A DNA stretch of 64,000 nucleotides from Geosiphon pyriformis uo1 (taxonomy: Eukaryota > Fungi > Glomeromycota): assembly GCA_016748015.1 (NCBI GenBank), contig JAAOMT010000354.1, positions 1 to 64,000 of the forward strand. The letters run 5' to 3'. Position numbers and translations under genes: made by a program. The notes beneath the pieces were generated by a model, which did not search any database, was not told the origin of the DNA, and saw only the letters and a list, made by a program, of their open reading frames with translations. Below, one piece after another: positions 52,580 through 64,000 of the stretch. Position 1 is the stretch's first letter, and each line of letters opens with the position of its first letter.

Positions 52580-54680
52580 CTAAAAATAAATAAAAAATAA
52601 AACCTTTTCCCAGTTCGATTCCATTATTGACCACTCTTCGTTGGTAAATAAGCGCTTAATTGGACTATGAACATTATCTTCTGGTAAAAATAAAATCCGA
52701 TATCTTGCAATAGCATTTTCACTATTAATAAGCGTTTCGATAGCCGAATTTGATGAAGTCTATTATGAAATAAAGGTTTATTAATAACAGACAATAATGA
52801 AATATTTAAAAGATAGAGATTTCGGACCTCAACTAATGACAGCTCCTGGTAATACATGTTATCCGTATCCTGTTCAACAGCGTAATCTGCATCTTGTTCA
52901 TTTTTATCAAGTGAAGATGGCGTAGTATTTCCAACTTGATATTGCTTCTTTATCGTTCGTTCCTCATTAAAAGCAACATCTCTTCTTTTTCTTAAAAGAT
53001 AATTGCTCTGATCAGAAGTTGATTCTCCCTAGGTTATATAACAAAGAAATATAGGTTTAAAAGTTAGCGATCAAACTTAGAACGAACTAAATAAAAACAT
53101 TGATCTTACCTTTTCGTGAAATTCACCAACCTTTCTATATAATACGATGAAAGTCTCAATGTATTTAAATCATCAGACTTTTTTAGTAGTTCGAATCTAT
53201 TCTCATCAAGACTTCACAAGATTTTGTTGATTTTGCCTCTACAACGAAAAATTAATATTTTCAAAAATATATACAGGCCAATATCATGCAAAATCGTAAT
53301 TACTTACTAATATACTGGAATAGAGCGCAGGCTGAGGCACTAAGAGTCATTACATAACAAGTCATAGAGATTTGCCCATAACATTCTAATCCAAACATCG
53401 GCCAAAGGGTTAAACCAAAAGGGCGTAGGATAATGTACTAGAAATAGAGCCCAGGCTGAGGCACTAAGAGCCATTACGAACACGTAACAAGTCATACCGA
53501 TTTGCCCATAACACTCTAATCTTGCGATAATATACTGGAAATAGAGCGCAGGCTGAGGCACTAAGAGTCATTACATAACAAGTCATAGAGATTTGCCCAT
53601 AACATTCTAATCCAAACATCGGCCAAAGGGTTAAACCAAAAGAGCGTAGGATAATATACTAGAAATAGAGCGCAGGCTGAGGTACTAAGAGCCATTACGA
53701 ACACGTAACAAGTCATACCGATTTGCCCATAACACTTTAATCTTGCGATAATATACTGGAAATAGAGCGCAGGCTGAGGCACTAAGAGTCATTACGTAAC
53801 AAGTCATAGAGATTTGCCCATAACATTCTAATCCAAACATCGGCCAAATGGTTTAACCAAAAGAGCGTAGGATAATATACTAGAAATAGAGCGCAGGCTG
53901 AGGTACTAAGAGCCATTACGAACACGTAACAAGTCATACCGATTTGCCCATAACACTCTAATCATAGGATAATATACTGGAAATAGAGCGCAGGCTGAGG
54001 CACTAAGAGTCATTACGTAACAAGTCATAGAGATTTGCCCATAACATTCTAATCCAAACATCGGCCAAAGGGTTAAACCAAAAGAGCGTAGGATAATATA
54101 CTAGAAATAGAACGCATGCTGAGGTACTAAGAGCCATTACGTAACAAGTCATAGAGATTTGCCCATAACATTCTAATCCAAACATCGGCCAAAGGGTTAA
54201 ACCAAAAGAGCGTAGGATAATATACTAGAAATAGAGCACAGGCTGAGGTACTAAGAGCCATTACGAACACGTCAAAAGTCATAGCGATTGCCCATAACAT
54301 TCTAATCCAAACATCGGCCAAAGGGTTAAACAAAAGGGCGTAGGATAATATACTAGAATAGAGACTGAGTCACGAAGTCATCACCAGTCTTATTTGTTTC
54401 CATCGTGGCATCTTGTAAATTTTGCATCTGCACCTTCCACTCGTTCTTTTCTACCTCTAGGTTTTTTACTTCCTTTTCTTCTATCCACTTTTTCATTTCC
54501 TTTTCGTTCGGATACTCTTCTTTAATTCACTTAACCTTTCTCTTCAATGCTTATTTAATATCTCGCCATAGTGTTTTGCGTGTTTGTTATGGTTTGGGAA
54601 GATATGGCCTATATATATGTTTGGTTCGTGTTAATGACGTTTTAGATCTTTGATTTATGAGTATAAATTTACCATTTAGG
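52580..54680 (-). pseudogene. Intron-containing gene remnant of unknown function, interrupted by a tandem array
   Basis: GT-AG introns at ~53030-53110 and ~53240-53308 (rc). Open stretches GESTSDQSNYLLRKRRDVAFNEE... and KEEYPNEKEMKKWIEEKEV..., with in-frame stops. Confidence 0.45.
53309..54362. repeat. Tandem array of related ~121-bp (A) and ~100-bp (B) units: (AB)x3 then A-type x3, 221-bp higher-order period
   Basis: Shared core tactrgaaatagagcgcaggctgaggyactaagagycattac...aacaagtcata..gatttgcccataaca.tctaatc. Duplicated ORFs 53340-53561 and 53561-53782 are 221 bp apart. Confidence 0.92.
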
Positions 54681-55019
54681 TTACAAACCCACTATTGTTA
54701 AATTAATCAGAGTTTTTAACCTTTGCAGTATCCCTATATAATATCATTGTTATTTAATAATTGTTAAATCGACCCACCCACAACACGTGATATCATTTAC
54801 GTCATAGTTTCGTATTCAACTATATATAGGAACATATTAACGAAGTGTTTTTTTAATTATAAAACACTATAAATTACTTAAGACATAATAAAAAATTAAA
54901 TATATAATCTATATTCAATTTTATATAAGAAAAAGCTATTTTTTATTTTAATTAAACTAATATTTATTAGAATTACTAATAAATAAATATTAAAATTCTA
55001 TATATATTAATATTACATG

Positions 55020-58000
55020 TTAAACCTGCTCAAAAGTTTTTAGATTGTAAAAAAAAAGGTGGTAAATTACATCACCAAAAAAATCACAAGACAAACAAGC
55101 CTTTGACTTCAAATTCCTATGAATCAAAGCATTCCATTTATTGTATATACCAATAGGAATGAAGCTGAATTGTGTCCTGTAACTAATGATAGAATAAAGC
55201 ATGGCTGATACCAAATATGAAAACTGCTTGTCTGAGAAAGCCTTCTTCAAAATAAGGTTGGCAAAAAACCAAACATTAGAATGCACCTTAGCCAAGCTAG
55301 GCTTTGAAAGTTTATCAGTAGACAGATAAATGCCAAGATAGCAATAAAATTTGCTTCTTTTGACAATAGAAATAGATAACCTACTAATTGACAGAGAAGG
55401 ATGCTCAACACTGTAATTGATAGGAATGGCTATTATTTTGTTATTATTTATTAAAATGTTATTAATATGGAAAAAATTACTGGCAATATCTAGAATATAT
55501 TGGGTAGCCCTTAGATTACAGCCAATCCAAATAGTGTTATTTACAAATGCATTAGCAGTGAAAAAGAAAATCAGCCCAGCTTGAGTTTTAGCATGACTTG
55601 TCTTGAAAATAAAGTGAAAAATCAACCTATATTCACATAAGCTTTCCTGTTTTTTAACTTCGCACAACAAAAAATCATAGAATATACACCAAAGAAGAGG
55701 TGAGAACACCTCCTCTTAATCCAAACTATTATGTACTGAATATCTGTTTGTCAAACCAAAGTCAGTCATAACCCTGTTAACATAACTACCATAAATACAG
55801 CCAAAAAATTGAATAAACTTGCTGCATATTTTTATCTTAACCAGACTCTTTTTGAGATACTTCTATTCAACAAAATCATATGTCTTCTGCATATCCTGCA
55901 AAACTAACCATAGCTTATGGTTCTTCTTTAATACATCTTTAATCACTGATCTAATTGCAAAGATAGGAAACTGTGTAGTTGTACTCTTTAAAACTGAAAA
56001 ATTGTTCTTATGGAAAACATTGTACATACTGCATGCCAACAAAATTCTATTAGAGAGAACTTTAGAGAGAATTTTACATGCAGTCTTAATTAAAGCAATA
56101 GAATAAATATTTATTAGAACACTTTTCCATTTATACAGTTTGGAAATCATTGAAACCCAAGCCTTTCTTCAAAAACTAAGCACCAATTCACTAATTAAAC
56201 AAGAATTCAAGAGCTCTAAGAACATATCCAAAATTGTCTTGTTGCAATATTTCCAAAGTTTATTAGAAATACCAGAAAGTCCAGCAGTTTTGTCATCGGA
56301 AAAATTAGAACAATTCATCAAAACCAATTGGACACATCACTTCTGAAAAGACTTCATTAAAAACATACTCTAAAGATTGATATTGATGGCACTAATTTCT
56401 GAATACATCAGCAATAATTGCACATTTTCTGGTCCAACCTTCCATAACCATATCCATCTTGGCTTTAATTCAATCAGATTCTAGAACCAGTTTATCATCA
56501 ACTACCAGATAATCCAGAACCATTTTATGAAAAAGACATTCTAAAATGCTCCTAATAGTGTGGTCTTTATTCATCTCAAAACTCTCTATTCTCCTATTAA
56601 TAACATATCTAATGTTTGCTTTTTTAGCTTTCTTAAATTCTGCAAGTTTGCTGATATAATATGACTTTCTTACTTTAAAAAAAGCAGAACATACACAATT
56701 AAAGTTAGCACCAGAATTTAAAAGAGTCTTAATATTTGAGACATTATTGTCATCTAAAGAAGACCAAAGATTCAACAGAGATATAAATTTACTCTTAAGA
56801 CTCATATAAGAACATCTAATAATTTTTGACACTAAAAGCTCCAATCTGTAAAATTTAGAAGATTTCTTGATAAACTCCTCAGTGTAACCTTTGTACTATT
56901 TTCTTTTAAACATTCTATTAACTAACAAGATTATAATTTTGTAAACAATATCCTATATTGTATCCAAATTTGAGAACTTCTTACATATATCAAATTCATT
57001 TGAAAACATAGTAGTATTAACCACTATAGTACTCTTAAACTTGCTTTATTTTAACTCATCAGCATTTTTGAAGTCAAACTTCCAATAATCTCTATTCACT
57101 CATTTGCACACTGAGTTTAGCCACATATTCAGTAATTTACCCAAACTCACAGAGACAGAAACAGCTTTGTAATCAGTATCAAAATGTTCACTAATATCCA
57201 AAACATCATAACCTACCATCACATTAACCAAATTCAAAGAAATAAACATGTAATCAATTGTCTTTTCCACATCTCTTGAATTTTTCTATGTAGGATCCTT
57301 CATGATTAGACTTTCCAACAAAAAATTGACCAACTCTAAACCAAAGCACTTTCTGAAATTTACACACTTGTGAAAACCATTTTCATTGAAATTACCACCC
57401 AAGATAACAAAAAAAGACTTATTTGTAGTCTTTGCAATCAAAAAATTAATATTACCAGCTTGAAAAAACCAAATCACAGAAGAAACACCAATGTAAAGTC
57501 CCAAAATTAAAACAGAAAGTTTATTCTTAAAGAGTAACTTGACAGAAAGAAGCCAATCAGGCATCTCAGAAATTCTACACATGTAATGAGCCAAAAAAAT
57601 GTCCATAATGATAGCAATACCAGAATCCAAATAACCAAAGTCCATACCAGAAGTAAAGACATAGACACCATCAAACTTATTAGCAATCCATGGACAGACT
57701 TTACCCTTTAACTTAGTTTCAGTAATAATTAAAATCAAATTGCCCATATTCTTATGCCAACAAACTATATCTTTCTGCTTTACAGAATTGTTCATACCCT
57801 AAGCATTACATATAACAATTTTCCAAACCAAACTGATCATTAAGATGAAAAGAAAACCAACAAATCCAAACCAGAACACAAATAATCCAATCTCTCCAAA
57901 ACTGAATTAATTAATGCCTTTAAAGCCACTATTTTCAACTCCAGCTACCCACTTTGGTGGTCAAAATCTTAGAACTACTAGAGCTGAAGTCAGCAATCAC

Positions 58001-60110
58001 ATTAAAACTAGCAGAGAAAAAGAGAATAGATAATACCAATACATTATCCAAAACCATATCTAAATCCAAAACAGGAGCTAGAGAAACAAAAGCAACTGGA
58101 AAGGGAGTGGAAAAAAAAGTAGTCAAAGATACCAACTTCACAAAACTCAATTTTTTCAATAAAACAGAAATCTAATCTGACAAAAGCTCCAAAGAATGTT
58201 TTAAAACTGCCAAATGATTACTTAAGCCAGAGGTATCAGCTGAAATGAGAAAAAAAGTACCACCCAAACTTGAGACACCAAAAAAAAGAGAACTAGAACC
58301 AGACCTAAAGTAAGCACTACTAGAAGAATTAGCTAGTAAGACCACTTAGACCCAAGATTTGTCACCAAAAGCAGTAGAACAAAAGATCGGAACATCTTTT
58401 TTTTCATACAACTTGGCAAGCCAAAAGCAAACTTCCTCTAAAACAATTTTCTTATATAATTTCTTAGATGACAGCAGCACAAGTATATTTGAAGTATTAC
58501 ATTTAAGAGCTGAATGTCCAAAACACCCACACTTTTGACAACAAACCAAATTCATCCTAGTCCAAGATAGTTTTATTCTATCATAAATAGGCTTTATGTG
58601 AAAGACAGATTTCAAATCATCATCAAAGTCAAAACCAACCACAGCACAGTAAATCTTATTACCAGTTTTTATAGATCTGTTTATGATACAGGTTTTTCCA
58701 CCAGCCTTTTTCAGAAGAGTTCTAAGATCATGTGCTATTGTTCCCACTGGCAAAGTAAATAAAAATACTCTAAACCAATTCCTAGATGTCCAAATCTCAT
58801 GATTTCTCACAGCTTTGGCTATACACACAGAATTTTTACCAATTAGAAATGACCACTTAGAAGCCAACAAATTAGCTTAGTCTAATTTAGCAAACTTTAT
58901 CATAATCTTTTGTCATATTCCAATTAATTGAATTTTGATCAACTTAATTTCTCCAAATTCAGATACTGCAGTAATAATCATATCTTTAAGTGTATTCATA
59001 AGAATTTTCTTGATTACTACAGCCCAATCTAACCTTATTCTTTGTCTCTTAAGATTGCTATTTATGTTGATCCTTTTTTTTCTGGCCAATGATATGGTTA
59101 TTTTTATGCTCTTTTCTGAAGTGAAGGTAGATTTAATAATTCTCTCAAATTTTGAGGAGGTAATGGCCTCCCTAAAACTATTGATTAATAAAAAATTTTT
59201 TCTAACCAACTGAGTTTTTGCCATCACCAATTTTCTTTCTACAGCTAAGAAATTAATATCTAAAGCAAACAATTTTTTGATCAACACTTCCATTGGAGTC
59301 TTGATGATTTTAAGATCAATCTACTTTTTGTCAAGAGAGATAGACAAACAAAAAAGGAGAACTACTTCATTATCATCCATATTAAAATTGGGAGAACTGA
59401 GTGGAGAGCCAAAAACAGCACTAGTATTGACTTATTTTATCTTAAGTATAATAGTAGCTAAGCCCAAAAGAGACTCACTATTTGCACCAGATATGTTAAC
59501 ATTTTCATTATTACCAAATAGACTTTTTACATCAGAATATACATTATCACTAGGCCCAGATTTACTCAAAGATATATCCTTTTTATTACCAAAGTATTAA
59601 ATATTTTTAAGGATAACTTTCTTTTTCTAAAAAAAGAAACCACCAGCAGAGCCATAAAAAGCATCTTTGAGTGTCTTTTTTTTAGACATGATACTACTTG
59701 TAGAAGCCTCCAAATTCACAAAAAATAAGTTATTATTAAGCAAAAAAATATTGATGTAAACTAACAAAAAAAAATAAAAAACTTCTTTTTTAGAAAATGT
59801 GCTTTTTAAGGATTTTTAGAAGTGAGAAAGAAAAAAGTTTTTTTATGTATTAATTAAAATTATTATTATTATTTTTTTTTTAATAAGTCTAACAATCATT
59901 TATTTAAATTTAAAATAAACAAAATTACCCAAAAATAAATTTGTTTTATTATTAAAATTTTTCACTTTTTATTTTGTTTTTTTTAAAACTTTTACCAACA
60001 GAACCAAAAATAGCTTTTTTAGCCAACTTTTTTTTGTCAAATTATTATTAATAATAATTATCAGTTCTTAAACAAAAGAATTTATATTTTGTAAAATATT
60101 AATAAACATA
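55020..60110 (-). mobile_element. LINE 5' part: probable 5' UTR, ORF1 (CCHC knuckle), ORF2 APE endonuclease and RT
   Basis: ORF1 CQKCGCFGHSALKC. APE motifs WKIVICNA.GMN, ITETKL, LGGNFN, IDYMF. RT motifs IALIKTACK, LQDMQKTYD, SPLLW, AFVNNTIW, YLG. The 5' UTR limit (59750-60110) is uncertain. Confidence 0.9.
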
Positions 60111-60132
60111 GGTATTTGCTAAATTGACTCAT

Positions 60133-62625
60133 TTGCAGTCCAAAAAAAAATTGGCTTTTTTTGTAACTTTTGCAAATTCTGATGGAATTTTAGGGTGCTT
60201 GTTTTCTCACAGGTCTTATGACTTGTAAGTTTTAAGTTGGAATTCACTCCAGCTTTTGTGTTTTCTGGTTTGTATAAGAGTTAGTTCTTCTAATAACTTT
60301 TTGGCAGATGTAGTATGTGTGTTTTTTGAGTGCAATTTGTTCTTGAATGGGTTTTTGAATAGTTTTTTCTGTCTTCAGAATGGTATGCCCATGTCAACTG
60401 TCTTTGGTGAATCTAAGTTTTTCAAATTTCTTCCTTCTTTTTAGTGATACAATGTTGTTTTCAATAATCAGTTTCATGATCATCATAGTGCAGTTTTCAA
60501 TTGAAATACTTTTAAGTGATGGAAAAGACTTGACCTTCGTGGCTTTGTTCCTAACTGGTTCAAGTTATCTGTTACTTTTCTCAATGAAGCAAATTTTTTC
60601 TCTGATAGCTCTTCAATTTTGGGTGATTTTGGATCTTCGAATGTTCTTGTGTTTTGTAAATTTGAGTTTATTCTTAGTTAATTAGCTCATGTCAGTTCTG
60701 ATACTTTCTCAGTCTATATGGATAGTTCTCTGAAAAACATGAATATGGTTAATAGAAAAGCTGGCATAACAGTTTTTTTTGAGAACATTGACTCAAGTTT
60801 GGATGTTGGTGTTTCTGGTTTGATATTTTCTATTTTGGCTGAATTATAGACTATAGCACTGGCTTTTGAGTGTGTCTCCTCTTTCAGTTCAGTTTGGTTG
60901 TTAACAGACAGTTAAACTGCTTTGGATGTATGCAAGTCGAAGTTGGGTTTAATATATCCAGATTTTTATAACCAGTATTAAATAGAACACTGGCATATTG
61001 TGAGTATTATTCATAATAAAAGTTTAAAGATTAGCTAACACAAGGTTAAAGATCACTCAGGTGTGTTGAAAAATGAATGTGCAGATATACTTATTAATGC
61101 TGCTTCTCTTTTTAAATGGCACTTTCTACTCCAATTAAAGAAACATTATATATTGACTAAGAGTAAGATTGTTTCTGGTAGCTCAAGATACTTTGTTCAT
61201 AATATTTTTTGGTCTATACATTGTGCTTGTTGGGAGGCTGGTGTTACTGATGATTATTTGGGGTCTCAAATCAAATAACAAATCTGTAACTTGGTGTTTG
61301 ATAGGTATTCTGGTATTAATATCTGAAGGTTTTGTTGTGAAGTTTTTTGTATAATAGACAGAAATTTAATAGTTGTTTTTAGTAGTCTCCCAAAATTGCA
61401 ATTCTGTCAAATTTTTTTCTCAGCATGGTGGCTGGTAATCCTCCTGGTAAGCTATTCTCAAATCTATGAGTGTTTTACCCTTGTTTCACAGGTTTTTTAC
61501 CAGTCTCTATGACATCTGTAATTCAGCACTTTAATCTTTAATTAATTTAATAAAACCAAAGAATAACAAAAAGAAATAAAAGAAAATAAAAGAAAATAAA
61601 GAAATAAACAAAAGCAATTGCAAGTTAGTATCCTATTAATAGCCGTGATCAAGAGCTATTGTTCCAGTGTGGTTAAGTATCAATTACTATCAACATAAAG
61701 TGTTGATAGTGGGAGTGAATTTGAGATAGAAAATAATTATTTATTGATATTTGTGGATTAGAAGATTGCTTAAATAAAATCTAAACTGAGAGATCTGTCT
61801 TTTTTACTTTTAATGCTACTACTATATATACATAATTTGGGTTCTACAAAATCACTCACATTCTTGAGCAATGTGCTATAATTTCTCAAGCAATACTCAT
61901 ATTGCTGAGCAATGTGCCATATTTTTTTGACATTGCTCCACATTGCTTAGTGATGTGCCATGATTTCTGACATTGCTTCACATTGCTAAGCAATATGTTC
62001 ACATGCTAACTACTACTCTCTTATTAGTCTACTATCTTTCTATATCTGTTCTCTTTTTATGAGTAACACTGGTTCTGGTTCTAGATTTTTGATGAATAGT
62101 TTGCTTTCAGACATTGATTAGTTTAGTTCATCTTTGGTGTAACACCCAGACTTATATATAGCTGCTGGTTTTATTAGTAGACTCTCCACTAATGCCTGCA
62201 TTTATTTTATGAAAGCTTTGTATTATTGGCTTCCTGTTGCTGTATGAAAGTGTTTTTATAACAAATGCTATTCTAATATAACATGTTTATATTGTGGGGA
62301 TGTTAAAGTGTTAGATCATGTTTTTTTTTACATGGCTAACAAGTCTGCTCATAGCCAGTTGTTGGATGCTCATGTAGCTTCTTGGAGAGCACTTTTTGGT
62401 CTTTTTTATTCATCTTCTTGTGTATTTCAGCTGATGTTATCTTGTGCTTCTAATGTTGATATGTGTATAACCATTTGTAAAAGTTTTGTTTTTGCAGGTT
62501 GGTTCCAGAAGATGGTGTATATAGAAAAAGCATGATTCACACTTAGTTTAGATTACTTATGTTAATGTATTGTGCTAAGCAGTGTTTGGACCTCACTCAT
62601 AAAATTTAATAAAAAAAAAAAAAAA
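60133..62625 (+). mobile_element. LINE 3' part (post-RT, RNase H, Cys motif, 3' UTR, poly(A)) interrupted by a solo LTR
   Basis: VYMDSSL, LAEL.TIALAFECV, KVKDHSGVLKNECAD, CLYCGDV...DH. Poly(A) at 62611-62625. The 3' UTR resembles 17625-17683. Confidence 0.88.
61242..62068 (-). repeat. Solo LTR of Gypsy family 1 with 4-bp TSD (CTGG)
   Basis: tgttact...agtaaca termini, with ctgg at 61238-61241 and 62069-62072. Removing it restores the LINE frame (CWEAG|SGS). Confidence 0.92.
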
Positions 62626-62866
62626 GTAAAAATTATTACCAAAAAATTTTATGCTTTAAATATTAATTTTTTGGTTTTTAAAAGAAAAAATCTTACAGAT
62701 AAACAAAAAATTATTTTTAAATGTAAATAATTCTAAAAGAATTATTATTTTTTGAAATTTCAAACTTATATTTATGTTATAAAATAAATTATTTGAGATT
62801 AAATATTAATTATAAATAAAATAATTTAAAAAAACCAAAAATACATTTAGATTAAATTATAATTAT

Positions 62867-64000
62867 TGTTATTAGTAGAATTTTAGCTATTAATTAGCAT
62901 GAAATTACCCTCATAATTTTTATTATTAATTAGCATATATTATTATTATCTCAAATATCACTTATTATTTAATCAAATTATTAAATATTATTACTCAATC
63001 AATAATCTGATTTGTACCATAAAAATTAAGATGATCAAATTACACAATACCCTGAACTATTTAACATAGTCAAAATTCGTCGAAATTAATAAAAATTGGC
63101 CGAAATAATCAATAGTTCAGTAAAATAACTTGTAGTTTGCCGAAATGTATCTTTAGTTCACCAAAATTATAGCAAAAAGAAAAGTGCAAATTTAAAGACT
63201 AGTACTACAACAAGTTGTATAAAAGAAGAGCTTCTCTTTTCAAGAAAATGTATCTTCTCATAATATCTTATCATAGTATCTTACTTTAGATATCTTAATT
63301 GAAACAAATCACTTTTTACATATCTCAAATAAAAATTAAATATTTGAAAACCAAATCCTTTGATTATTATACTTGAAATTCCTTTAACACAAACTAACGT
63401 TTTGAAATTAATTAGCTACCAATTTCAGTAATCTGTTAGTGACTCCAGGCCTAAATAAAAAACGTTTTCCTTGACAAAATTCTATTTCTTTTACATTTTT
63501 TTATTTTTCTCTTCTTTTTTTATCATAATCATTAGAGTAGCCTACAGACAAAATTCCTGTAGAAGAGTTGATTTTTACAGCAAAGTAACTACACATTTTT
63601 AGTGAGCTTTCAAACAAGCAATTCCTGGGAAAAAGTTGACATTTACTACAACATAACTACACAAAGTAACTGGTATGGAATTGGCTATTCTATTTATAAG
63701 TCTAGCAGTTCAAATTATAGGAAATAATTTAAAGATAAATTCAGTTACTGGAGGTTCAACTACTTTCTAAAAACGTGAATTCACAGCAAATCAACATTAA
63801 CAACATTCAAGAAAAGAGACCAAAAACCTCCAGTAATATTTAGTGTTCTCTCATAGAAATAACACGGCAACAACAAATTCAAAGTGGCAACCACACCAGA
63901 CACAACAACTCTAGAGTATTACCAGTCAATTTACACCCATTGTAAGCAGAGATTCAACATTTCAGACGGAATTGAAATTGTTAAAAAGACACTTTACTAA
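62867..64000 (+). mobile_element. 5' end of Gypsy family 2: LTR (62867-63838), decayed PBS and start of gag-like frame
   Basis: tgttattag...cagtaata followed by tttagtgttctc (decayed tttggtgctctc). Homologous to 46209-47030 and 1-985 rc. Confidence 0.75.

Noticed and set aside
51564-52634. 356-aa ORF
   Set aside because: Artefact of translating the N gap.
53320-54260. Tandem hammerhead ribozymes (retrozyme-like)
   Set aside because: CTGAGGC/T does not fit CUGANGA and no correctly placed GAAA after a stem II was found. An Infernal search would settle it.
53340-54333. Repeated small hydrophobic ORFs as a peptide family
   Set aside because: They start at non-ATG codons, and the 221-bp period is not a multiple of 3. 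They are a by-product of the array.
53309-54362. CRISPR-like repeat/spacer array
   Set aside because: The inter-core segments are themselves repeated (two variants), the core is ~80 bp, there are no cas genes, and the context is eukaryotic.
54361-54392. C/D box snoRNA (rc GTGATGA within a short hairpin)
   Set aside because: No properly placed D box (CTGA) on that strand, and too short.

Overview
AT-rich eukaryotic, almost certainly fungal, genomic DNA with short GT-AG introns. Sel1/TKL-kinase pseudogenes and CpG-erased transposons suggest Glomeromycotina (Geosiphon/Ambispora-like), which is an inference. The window alternates decayed TE islands with a small CpG-retaining gene island. 1-22 kb: nested TEs, namely two Ty3/Gypsy families (family 1 near full length at 4407-14346, with a dUTPase and an unexplained Cys-rich domain between protease and RT, plus an inverted partial copy), RNase H-bearing LINEs and a Mutator/SWIM remnant. 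22.6-36.6 kb: host genes, namely a non-canonical aldo-keto reductase lacking its catalytic Tyr/His, CLPTM1-like, malate synthase and EAF6, with a split Tc1 remnant. 41-51 kb: an inverted pair of Sel1-repeat/TKL-kinase pseudogenes around TE debris, then a 1000-N gap. 52.6-54.7 kb: a spliced gene remnant containing a 221-bp higher-order tandem array. 55-64 kb: an apparently full-length LINE whose 5' part is inverted, a family 1 solo LTR with a 4-bp TSD, and the 5' end of a family 2 Gypsy. Coordinates of decayed elements are approximate and were read by eye.
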